Part shown: positions 10,975 through 22,058 of the stretch, one piece after another
How positions within the stretch are numbered: the stretch's first letter is position 1
Layout of the letters: every line of letters begins with the position of its first letter
Assembly: GCF_026571515.1 (NCBI RefSeq)
Contig: NW_026859119.1
Span: 248,001-312,000 of the forward strand
Direction: 5' to 3'
Length of the DNA: 64,000 bases
Origin: Ruditapes philippinarum
Taxonomy: Eukaryota
Notes under the pieces: model-generated
Database searches by the model: none
Told to the model about the DNA's origin: nothing
Seen by the model: the letters and a program-made list of their open reading frames with translations, nothing else
Program-made: the position numbers and the translations under genes

Positions 10975-13865
10975 ATGACTGTTCTAATAAGTATTTAAAA
11001 CAGAGACGCCTTAAAGGTTTAAATGATTTGGTAACAACATTTTGTCAAACAAATAAAGAGGATAAAGGCGACGCACTGTTTTTCATGTTACAACAGCATT
11101 TGAAAGACAGTAATGACGTCCGATTTAATGACATAAATGATATATGTAAATCAACTGATTCGAAACTGACCCCAAGCCAGTGCCTTGCTTTGAGAGTCGA
11201 TACGCTTCAAAGTAAAACTCAATATAAAGCCCAATACAATTTCTTGAAGAAAAATGTTCGCAATCCTTTACAACCTCCAAGTGTTATCGACGATGTAGAA
11301 CTGTTATACACACCAAGTTCAACGCGTTATAGCATCGAAGGGTTCGATTTCACGGACAACTACTATCACACACCAGCAAAGGCAGTATATAAAACAGACT
11401 ACGCATGTAAATATACTTCATTTGAGCCACTTGATGTTTTGCAAGACTTTGATCGATTACTGCCAGAATTTGCATCGCCTAACATAAAAGGTGTTCGATG
11501 GTGCTACCCTGATGCGATAGCTGGTACTTTGAAAGAGCTTGAACCGAAAATTGTATCTGGTCTGAAGAAAAATAATATTGACCCAAACGATCCTAAAATT
11601 TTATTGATAACAAACATTAAAGATGGTGGTGATGGTCTCGGTGACGTGTCAATTCATAAGGAATTATCCGACCGGTTCTTGCCTGACAAAGCATTTAGAT
11701 TTTCTTTCTGTATTTTTAAAATTGAGGCTGCGGTTGGCGACAATGAACCAGTTGAAATTTTCCTAGAGGAAAAGCCAAATTCTGTTTAGAACTAATCGGC
11801 CTCTGTTAGAAGCAATATGCGACGAAAGCAATAGAGCTTCAAGCTTGGCGTGTCTTTTGCCGATTGAAAATGAAAGGTCCTTCATGAAAGATAAAATAAT
11901 GAGAGTACAACATACTAATGGATGGCGAAGACATTGTCTAAAATTTTTCAATAGTATGATTGACGAAAAGTTGGACAGGAAAGAGAGCGGTTTAGCAGAA
12001 AGTTGTTCAAGATACCTTTGCACACTTTGTGAAGCCACCACATTAAGCGCGGTTAAGGACCTTGGCACTTTCAAAATTACAAGAACGTACGATGAAACTA
12101 AAGAAATCGCGGAATATATGAGGGTAAATCCTGATAACCTTTCGCACGCGGCAATTGACAAGATTTCCAAGGAGTAAAAAAGGGCCCCTCTTTTAAAAGC
12201 TGAAGCGATTGAAAAGTGTTTAGATGCAACTCATGCTGACATAAACCTAGGGTCTTTTTCAAAAAGGTTTTGGTAAGGGAAGTTGCATGCATCACCCAGT
12301 GGGAAGCTACTGCGGACGTAAAGCCAATAATTAAAGACAGTGAGGTTAAATTTGATATGCATTTAAAAAAATACTATTGGCATAAACCCAGAGTTAATGA
12401 TGCCAGGTAATTATGCCAGGGTATTGTTTGATGAAAAAAATGAATCAAAAATACTTGCTTATATCACAGATGGAGAAAGAAGGAAACATTTGTCAAGCGT
12501 GCTGCAGAAATTTAGACTCATGAGGAAAGTGTACCGGGCTAAAGACCCAAAGAAGGAATGTCCTGGGGATGTATCCTCATACAAAGTTACAGCTATAGAA
12601 ATGGGCAGACTACTTCTGGCACATTTTGAATATGCTTCTTGGCCTAATTACCTACACAAAGTAATCGAACATGTTCAAGAAATAATTGAAAGCACAGATG
12701 GTCCAGGTACAGTAGGTGGTATAAGCAGCGAAGGGAATGAGTGTGGGAACAAGATTTTCAGACATATGCGGAAAAACATGGCAAGAAAGGGAAACACTCA
12801 AGGTGGTCTAAGGGACGTGTTGTGGTGTCACTGGCTTTACAGTAGTCCAGAACTTACAAGTCTTGCTTTAGTAACATTGAAACAGTCTAGATGTAGTTTG
12901 TGTTTGGAGGTTGGTCATAACAGACGTACTTGCGCGATGAACACAGTCTTTCCTGATGTTACTGTTCAAATTTGAGTGGCTATTTGTGAACTGCTATTAG
13001 TTGTCAAAAATATTAAAAGAGGTATCGAAAGTAATGTGTAAAATTTTAAGCATATTTTCATTAAAAATGACATTACCAATAACTGGAAACTGTGTACTTA
13101 GTTTAAATATAGGGGATATTGAAAAAGTAAGTAAAACATGTCTAGTACTCATTTTATTTAACTATGTAGCCATAGTAACCTTAATATTAACACTTGTGGT
13201 GGTTTGGTGTGGCTTGCATGAAAGCTAGCTAATATGCTTATATCCCAGGAGGAATAAGCAGACGTTTTTCTTTATCTCGTTTTTCTTATAATTATTCCAC
13301 TATATCATCAATATCATATAATGCATGTCTTGTTTCAGTAATATGTATTCGCTAAATATTTTGTGTAATCACTATAAAACATGTATGTACCCTTGTTCAG
13401 TTGGCTAATTTCTTACGAGATGATACGCGTGGTCTAGGTTGATATCTGTTATTCTGTTGAAATAAGCTGAAACAAATTGTAAAAACTACTTTTTGTGTCG
13501 CCTTTTCTGCGAAATTGCTGATAAATTCAGATGTTAAAAATAAGCAAAATATTTGGTTCATTCATTTACTGGTTTATCATAAATATACCATACTAAGTAG
13601 TTCAGCTTCGTTTATCAAAGTAAATGTTTTCAACCTAACAATAGCATAACGGTGGTGCAGATAGTATACAAGTATTAAAAAAGAAGTAAATGTTGTGTGC
13701 GCACTCAATTTATGTGCACATAATGCTGTAACATGTGCAAAAAAAATAATATTGCATCATGCATGCTACTTCTATATACCAGTAATTACTTATATGCATG
13801 TGCTACCGTATAATCACTGTATATATTAAATAAATTGTTATGGTTCATTTCATTTCTTTGTTGTC

Positions 13866-16281
13866 CTATTTCAATGTTTTCCTTTTTCTACCTTGACTTT
13901 TGCAAGTAGAGCATACATATTTCCCTTTAGGGACACCTTTTTCCAGGAGACCAACACAAAACTGGTGTAACCATCGTTTACATTTGCTTTCACACTGAAC
14001 CCATGCTATAGGTGAAATTTCTGGAGAGTCAGATATACAACATTCATCATTTAAGTCACATGGGCTAGGTCTCAATGGTTTGGTTGTATATGCAAATATT
14101 GTCTCCAGAACTCCTCCAACAACCATAATGCAGTCATCTGACAAAGTAAAACTTGAATTCCCAGCAGTACAGTACATAATATCTAACTCTGTACTCTCAA
14201 TACTCAACGACTGTAAGTCAATAGCATATAATTTGTTGCTGGCTGTTGGGGGATCCGTAATCTCTGCTTCCTTTTGAACAAACCCACCTGTGATATAGAG
14301 TATGTTATTAAATGAAACGACACTTTGATACGAAATAAATATGTCTTCTGGAATTGAAGCAGATATCTTATCTAGACTGTATCTACGCTCAGCTACACCA
14401 TGAAGTTTCAATATGACAAGTTCACTTAATGGAAGTCTTAGTCTTTCCGACGGTGAAGACTCTACCCCTTTGAATGACACACCTCCTGTTATGATCACAC
14501 ATCGTGTCCCTGAAATTGTAGCAATGTTGGCAGTATGGTAGGCTCTAGGCATTACATCCGGAATATCTCTGATTTTTGTCCAGCGGAGTGTTCTTGAATC
14601 AAACTCATAGAATGAACCGTCGTTGCAAACTTGAGAAAACGGACTGGCAAGACCAGGTTTATGTCGGTTGGGAAGAGATAATCCGCCATGCATCACTATA
14701 ACATTTTCACTCAACTGTGTAACGGTATGTCCAGTTCTGCCAACTGGTATATCTCCATTCTGTACTAATTTACTTAATGAAGTTTTTCCGGCAGGTTGAC
14801 AAATTGTACACTGATATTTGTTCCTAATAAAATCCAACTTGATAAGTTCATTGCTGGTTTCAAATGTGTCTGTATTTAATCCACCCATACAAAAACGGTG
14901 CGTGTGTCATACCATGCACTAACAGACTGTAAGCTTGGAAAATGGGCCCCCATTATGTTATCGAATCGCTGTATACTGCTGATATACGCATCATCAGGGT
15001 CATGGTTGAATGTCATATGAAATAAATCGTGTCCAAATTTCCATTCGGTTTCCTGAACTTTACGAGCACCACCAAAATATAGGAAAGTGGATTCACTGTC
15101 ATTAGACTTTAGTTTTATGCAACAGTGTCCTTCAGGGGGAAAGTAGTCATTATTTTGTAAATTTAGTTCGATTCTCTTTCTAATTGCTTTACCTTTTGTA
15201 GAAGATTTTGATTTAAATGGGAGAATCTAATTCCCCGGAAATAATTATTAACCTTTCAAATATAAAAAAGGCATCAAATTCACCTGAATATTTCAAAGAG
15301 AAGTTTCTAGCAATTAAGGAAGAACATGAAGATTTTATACATATTTATACGGACGGTTCAAAAGAAGGTTGCAAAGTAGGTGCGGCTGTGTTTGAAAATA
15401 ACTTTACATCTAGTATGAGGTTACCAGATAATGCATCAATTTTTACTGCTGAAGCAAAAGCTATCGATTTAGCATTGTCATACATAGCACAGCATACCCA
15501 CGATAAATTTGTGATATTTTCTGACTCGCTTTCTGTTTTAATATCCATTAAAAATAAAAAATCTGACAATATCATGGTAAAGAAACTTCTTTTGCGATTT
15601 CATGATATACTAAAAACAAAATATGTTAAATTATATTGGATTCCAAGCCATGTAGGAATACGAGGAAATGAAAAAGTAGATGCTTTAGTTAAACAATCAT
15701 TAAATTTTCAAAAAACTGACTTATTGTTACCTGCTTGTGATTTTAGACCGGCTATAAATAAACTCGTATCATCTGAATGGAAAGCAAATTGGGACAGTGC
15801 CGTTTTTAATAAACTTCACGATATAAACCCATCTCTTGATATGTCACCATCTCTATCTCTGTCAAACCGCCGTGATCAAACAGTTCTTCTTCGATGCCGA
15901 ATTGGACACACTAAAATTACCCACTCTTATCTTCTCACAAATGAAAATGCCCCTTTCTGTGTAGGTTGTAATGAAAATTTTACTGTCAAGCATTTTCTTC
16001 TTGAATGTCATGATTTTTCACAGGCCCGTAATAGATATTATTCTGTAAATTCACTCAAAGAACTTTTTAATACAATTCCATCAAAAAACATAATTGATTA
16101 TTTAAAAGAGATAAACTTGTATTCTAGGATCTAATGGGCTCATTTTTATTGTCATTTACAATGTTTTACATAATATTCTAAGCCTATTATAGCATTCGGC
16201 ACGATATGGCCAGTTATGTGTTGACGTGCCGTATAATCCAAACAAACAAACAAACCTCCAATCGGAATCTGCAAATGCCAT
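13866..16281 (-). pseudogene. RAG2L: RAG2-like protein (kelch propeller plus PHD finger), interrupted by a LINE and a 1-bp frameshift
   Basis: ATG at 16281 (MAFADSDWR) resumes at 15227 (ILPFK...DYFPPEGHCC...FLYFGGAR...VFVW), with a frameshift at about 14885 into GGLN. Kelch blades: GRTGHT..VMHGGL, PRAYHT..IITGGV, LYITGGF, MVVGG. PHD: PCDLNDEC...WVQCESKCKRWLHQFCVG...YVCSTC. Convergent with RAG1L. Confidence 0.92.
15228..16254 (+). mobile_element. 5'-truncated I-group (Nimb-like) LINE: RNase H domain, CCHC-like motif and 3' tail, inserted in RAG2L
   Basis: ORF 15217-16134 has YTDGSK, AEAKAI, FSDSLS, WIPSHVGIRGNEKVD and CVGC...TVKHFLLEC. The 3' UTR has a stem cggcacg/cgtgccg and an (AAAC)n tail. 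RAG2L codons rejoin across it. Confidence 0.92.
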
Positions 16282-16938
16282 GTTTCTCTAAAATTGTAAA
16301 AAGTTTACATTTATTAGATTATTTATTGTGACACAAGTTCCTTAATTCATACAAATTTATTTATTCTCAATTTCGAAATGATTCGTACAACTTTTATTAA
16401 TCGCTGTTAAGACTCGTTCCACATAGAATCAACCTCGAAAAAAGATAGGAGGCAACGTTTAATTATCGATATTGTTATGTCTTTCTTTAGAACACATGGC
16501 TATTTTTGCGATCAAACACATGTTAAAAATATTTCATGCACTTTCCGGGGTATGTTGACCCAAGTTATGTGGTTTTAACCAGTACTCCATGTATAATCAC
16601 CAAAGTTACAGGGAATTTTTGTACTACATCTAGATTAATTGGGCTTAGACTATTAAACAAACATATAATTTCAACTACTGCTGAAATGATCTCCAAATTT
16701 ATAATCCTGTTTATTGCGCATATATAGTCTGTTATGCAACTTCCCAGAAGGATATACTCGTATACGGAAAGTAACAATTTCTTTATCGCTTAACTACGTA
16801 TCTTTCATATAATTAAGACTAAAAGGAAATCAATCTTGATAGAAGATATACACGTTCTTAGGTCCCGAAATATTACCCCTGCAAATGGTGTGCATATTTC
16901 TACATACAAATTAATAATATCTTAAAATTAACACTTAC

Positions 16939-17078
16939 GTTGCTTGTCAGCAAAATTGAAACCGAAAGTAGCGGTTGTTCTAAAATTTAATCGAGTAAAA
17001 TGGGTGGGATTTAACCACCGCGCATGCCCTGTGCGAACGTATTGTTTACATCCGGTCGTAGCATAGGGTAAGAGTGCA
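16939..17078 (-). promoter_or_regulatory. Putative RAG2L promoter and non-coding first exon inside the right TIR
   Basis: Minus-strand donor GTAAGT at 16938 and acceptor tttacaattttag at 16288, 6 nt upstream of the RAG2L ATG. Confidence 0.45.
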
Positions 17079-17091
17079 AACTTTGTTAGTG
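17079..17091 (-). repeat. Right TIR of RAG-like transposon (AACTTTGTTAGTG on +)
   Basis: Exact reverse complement of 7170-7182, followed by TSD AACTG at 17092-17096. Confidence 0.95.
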
Positions 17092-20000
17092 AACTGTGGG
17101 TCTGATAAATCTGTTTCAGATGCCCTCTGCCTAAAAAGATATAGATTAAAACAGTTGGTCAGAGAGAAAGTTGCAGAATAGCTTTTTTTTAACTTGAAAT
17201 TCTATCAATATTAATGATAACATACAAAATATACCCCCATATTATATAAAAATTATACTAGAAATGTTATAAAACTAAAATGTTAATGCAAAAATTTCTG
17301 GATTCATCATTGTATTTAAACATAATAATTAATTTTATAATATTATCACTAGAAGCTTAAGATCTATATTAACATACTATATATGCAAAGACTTGTTCTC
17401 TAATCATAAAAAGGATATTTACACTGCTCATCATCTATGAGCCAGGAAACCAATGGCCATACAATTATTATGCATGATATGAATACAAATACACTCAGTA
17501 ACACTCACCTTGATAAGGGCCAGTGGCCATTTCACCTAAGTTCCTATGACTAGCAAAAAGTTCTAACATAAGAACTGATCAACATAAACTTCTGAAATAA
17601 CAAAAAAAGAATAAACAAAAATGCAACATTTCAATAGAAAATAAAAACTTACCAAACAAGAAAATGTGAAAATCCTTTGCTTCTGTATGTTTATTCAGAG
17701 TGAAAAGTATATAAAAGAACACTGTAGAAAATTAACTGGCTAACAATAAATAACACAAAATAACTATTTAAACTTTGATATTGCTTCAAATGAAACTGAC
17801 CAGACCACTTACTTCATTATAAACATCTGATGCTTAAAAGCACTGAACTCTCTTCTGATGATCTCTGCTGGAAATTCTGGCTGAGCAACAACATGATGTC
17901 CCATGAAAGTGTCCTGTTTCGCCTCACCATAGTGATCAGCAATGTGGCTAATAGAGGTCTATATCAAATGAAATTATGTGAAATAATTGTATTGCTTTGT
18001 GATTGAATAAATGGGTTCTAAACTCTATAAATAAAAGTTGAAAAAATTACTATTAGTATGAAAACTGAATATTCTTGATTATATTAAAATATATATTATT
18101 TGGAAAACAACAACTTTACAATTAAGTAAAACATGTTATCTATTTATTTATACCTGTCCATAGTCGCCCAATTCAAGGGGATTTGAAGGTACATGTCTCA
18201 TATCAAACACAGAGAAAGCACCTAAAGCTGGACTACAATGAAATGCATCTTCGAGCTCCTGTATCAAACTGTACACCATCGGCCTGGCAACTTCTTCTGC
18301 GAACTGTTGAATAGTGATTGGCCCTTCATCCCTGAAAAATCCAAAGATCATGCTTATGATGAAAAGACAAATATAACTTGTTCATAAACAGTTTAGTTTC
18401 ATTAAATTACAAATTACTTAGTTTTAATTCTGACAGTCACTTCAATTGTAATAAATAAAATCATGTCTAACAAGACTGTCTGAAATAATAACTATAAGTT
18501 TTTAATTTTTTGGTACAGTTATAAACCTTAAGTCTCTAAAGAAATTATGTTATATAATGAACTTTTTTACCTTAGCCTTCTTGCAAGTTCTCTCCTCTCA
18601 TCTATCAGATCCCATATCATTGGCAGTTTGGAGAAATAAAGTTCTTCATCATGCACACAATCACCAACTTGAGTTAATCTATTACTCAGATTTTCAAGTT
18701 CATCTATGAGGTTCTGAAGTTATAAACTTAAGGTTGATAATGTAACTGAAAATGTAAAGTCTATAAGAGAATGCATATCCATTTATATCTATTCAATTAA
18801 AAAAAATGTTTTAATGGAGTAATTGTCAAACATAACTTGATTCAATCGTAATTTGTAACTGTACATTTCTTTGTTGGCATTTAGTTATGTGATATGTATA
18901 TATGTACATCAATAGCCAAGTCAGAATGATAATTAAATTTGTGTGAAGATTTGACAGTAGTGCTTAACAAAGACAGGCATATTTTTGTTGAAATACTTAC
19001 TCTCATTTTCACGTGAAAAGTGAACATCACCTTGTAAGTAGTCACTGAATATGACAATGGGCTTCAGCATATCACATAGGGAAGCTGCTGCTGCTGCTAT
19101 TGTATGTTTGTTAAGTAGCATCTCCCTTAATCCGACTACTTCAGGGCTTCTTGATTAAGTCAATATGGAATCTATCGCATCAATTATGGGTTCATATCTA
19201 TCAAGGAGGCGGCTGCAAGCCCTTCCATGGGATAACCACCTTGTAGCTGCAGCTCTCAAAAACGTCAGCTTTGTCATGTTGTAGGCCTCCTGGACTTCCA
19301 TAAAGACCTGAAAATTTTATTTTTTGTAAAAATTCACTGATGGATCATGCAGGTATTGATTTAGTTAATAGATCTAAATGATTTCACATGAATACAATTG
19401 GCAGCTTGAATTTTTTAGAATTTAATCAATGTCATCATAATGACATTAACTTCCTTTTTTTTCATATTTCAAGTACAATATATAACATATTTTGCCTGAA
19501 AAAGTTTTTTTTTGTTTGAAATATCCGACAATTTATTATTATAATTTCATCTTGTATTCAAAACATGTCATTTAGTGACCAGTCACCTTAAATTATAATT
19601 GCATCTGATTTTACAATTTATTTTTTTCGGTTATTACACAAGCAAACAGTAGATTTAACATTCAAATTTAATTAATGGGTGAGCCTGATTGTTGGTAGGA
19701 CACTACTAAGTCTACTTACAGCAAATCTTTGGGCCGAAAATTTGAACAATTTCCAGATGGCAATCAGCACGGCATCTAGGTCTGAAAGAACTGGGTATTG
19801 CTTGACAAGATGACTTACACACAAGGCAAGTCTATGATTTCTGCAGTTAATGTAGAGTTGAAATGGGACCACATGTCTGAATCTGCGCTGTAATCCTGTG
19901 GATAAATTATAAAATAATATTCTAAAATACAGTATAAATACCAATGTCTTTATTTATTTAATTACTTTCATTACTGTAATAATGAATGTATTTACATTAA

Positions 20001-21672
20001 TGCCTTTATATTTTTATTAAAATAAAATAGTGTTATGATAAAAAATCTGATAGTTTAATGATGTCCTCTTACCTTTGTTGACCCCACTCATAACATTACA
20101 GCCATCAAAGCCTACAAAAATGGCTTTTTTGATATCGATTCCCTTGCCTTGAAGAAACCGTTCAATGGCTTCCATCAAACTTGCTGCATCAGTAGACACC
20201 ACTTGAATGATCCCAACAAAAACATCTGCCACTTGCTTTCCCTTTAGAAGTTTGATTATTACTGCAAATTGTTCTCGATTAGACTCATCGGTTGATTCGT
20301 CAGCCATTAGAGCATAGCATTTGGCATCACGGATTTGTTTAAGGATCTCATCTTCAAATGCAAATGCAATTGATTTGACAATGTCCTGGATAGAAGATGG
20401 AGAAGTGTAAGTCAACTTAGGATTTTCATTCACATACTGTTTTACCATTTCATTTTTTATATCAGAAGCCAAGAAGTTCTTGATAAAATCCTCAAGGTTG
20501 TCAGTGAGTGCCCATCTTTTCCTAAGCATGAAATGTGAAGTACGGAACAAGGTCTCCAAATATGTTTTGTTCAATGCCTTTTTACTTTCAACTTGTTTTG
20601 CCAATAATGGAAAAATCTTCTGTGTACCTTTAATTGATTTGGAAAGGTAGCTTTCTGAAGCCTTTAAGTGCTTCTCAGACTGGTCATGAGTTTTTAGACG
20701 TCTTGCTGGATGAGTGCCTAACTTAACTCCACGTGAAATATAAGCAGTTGTCTCATCAGCCAATGAACTACTATACATGAATTCACAGTACTTGCAGCAA
20801 TAACCTTCTTTGGATGCGCTGTAGTAAAGCCATTTGAAAGTCTTTTCATATTTATTGGTATCAAACAGTCGATTGTCAGGCACCATTACACATGCTTTTT
20901 TACTTGTACATATATCGGACCCATTGTCTGAATCATCAGCACTAGAAGTAGAATCATGAGAATGGGAGTCAACTAATACTGCTTTACGTTTTGGTGATTC
21001 TTTTTTAGAGACTGTAGTTGATGTTGTGATTTCAGACAAAGATAATGCATGCTGCTTAAATAAATTGTCAATTTTCTTACACTTTTCTGATGTTTTTGAC
21101 GTTATTCTTTTTGGCTTGCAGCCACGGCTGCAAGCCCATTTGTTTTGGAAAACTTGTTCCGGTTAGGTGGTTTCCTGCTTACATTTGTTAGTGCATGATT
21201 GAACGAGAAACCAACTGCAATCGTGCCAATCGCAACTTTTTGGCCCTTTCCGTCACTCTTCGGTTTAATGATTATAGCCGATGTAGTTCCGATTGCAATC
21301 GTGACAATTCGGGCGATTCCGTCATACTGCGGAATCAGACGAAGTAATATTACGGAAATCTAAGCTATTTTAGTTACTTCGGTAATCCCAGTTTGTTTAT
21401 ATAAATAGGATTTCTATTTTTACTTGATTTATCGGTTTAAACCGTAATAAATTATAAACGAAATTGTTACGTTTCAATTCTTTTTCAAGACGCAAAAGTT
21501 AGTTTCTTTTATAATTGTTTTTGTCTGTATTAGTTTTGTATATTAATTAACATAAATACCTTATACAATAGAGGATGGTTACGTCTCCAAAGGGTGGTCT
21601 TGCTTACCAAATCACAGAGAATATTAGTGCATGATCGAGTTATATTTAGATCTAATGAACGCAGTGAGGTAA

Positions 21673-22058
21673 GTAATAGAAAGAGCACCGAAACACGAGG
21701 CTATCTGATTTGTACGAGGGGGCGTAGCCCCGGAGTATAAATCAGATTGCCGAGTGTTTTGGTGTTCTTTCTCTTTTGTATCATAGTCAAACATGACAGC
21801 ACGTTCCCTGTTGTCATAATATGAAACCCCAGAAAAAATGAACCAATTAACGAGCATTTGAATAATGATATTTCTGCCCATTTCCCTTTCTCTGACGTCA
21901 CAATAAGTAAACCCCAGCAAAAAGGAACCAATCAACGGGCATTATCTGGAGTGCGGGTAACTGATACCCGCACTCCAGTTACCGCACTGTGCATGTATAT
22001 GTATACGATTTAACTCTGAGACTTTTTCAACAGAAAGGTCCCCAAACTATGATACAAT
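21673..22058 (+). repeat. Dispersed repeat of about 380 bp, copy 1
   Basis: gaaagagca..gaaacacgagg.tatctgatttgtac...caacagaaaggtccccaaactatg is shared with 62106-62478. Confidence 0.85.

Larger units (their letters stand above)
7812..12975 (+). pseudogene. RAG1L: RAG1-like recombinase/transposase, disrupted by a SINE, a stop and several frameshifts
   Basis: Predicted coding exon 1 at 7812-7853 (MSDSPVFKRKKQEG, then GT); exon 2 from 9791. Non-core motifs: DEIHPKSLCSSC, RING-like IFCR..CI..W...CPVCR, zinc finger CKYTGC...HEEVC. Core motifs: KDGGDGLGDVS (D600 equivalent, 11631), KPNSV-RTNRPLLEAICDES, SMIDEKL (D708 equivalent, 11962), YLCTLCEAT, LDATHADIN, MMPGNYAR, NYLHKVIEHV, SEGNECGNKIFR (E962 equivalent, 12739), HWLYSS. 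C-terminal CSLCLEVGHNRRTC. Confidence 0.96.
7170..17091 (+). mobile_element. RAG-like (ProtoRAG/RAGL, Transib superfamily) transposon, 9922 bp, TSD-TIR-RAG1L-RAG2L-TIR-TSD
   Basis: Perfect 13-bp TIRs, 5-bp TSD AACTG at 7165-7169 and 17092-17096, convergent RAG1-like and RAG2-like genes. The empty site restores the hAT frame (SDPQFLLKKL). Confidence 0.96.
6882..21139 (-). pseudogene. Intron-containing hAT transposase (ZMYM1/ZNF862-like, DUF4371 plus hATC dimerisation domain), split by the RAG-like element
   Basis: Exons at about 21139-20073, 19895-19720, 19307-19001, about 18720-18571, about 18333-18153, about 17958-17813, and 17130-17092 joined to 7164-6882. Motifs: YCCKYC zinc finger, ALMADESTD, GFDGCNVMSG, CRNHRLAL, TRWLS, STACVERVFS. 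In-frame TAA at 19157-19155. Confidence 0.9.

Noticed and set aside
10950-10985. Start of ORF 10950 (MKGKWFEVN) as the RAG1L N-terminus
   Set aside because: These residues come from antisense SINE sequence; the RAG1L frame continues upstream of the SINE.
15217-16134. Intact 305-aa RNase H ORF as a third gene of the RAG element
   Set aside because: It is a 5'-truncated LINE with a 3' tail that interrupts RAG2L; its ATG is borrowed from antisense RAG2L sequence.
21184-21193. TTTGTTAGTG, a 10-bp match to the RAG-like TIR
   Set aside because: Only 10 of 13 bases match, it is not followed by AACTG, and such a match is plausible by chance in AT-rich DNA. The TSD and frame restoration fix the true end at 17091.
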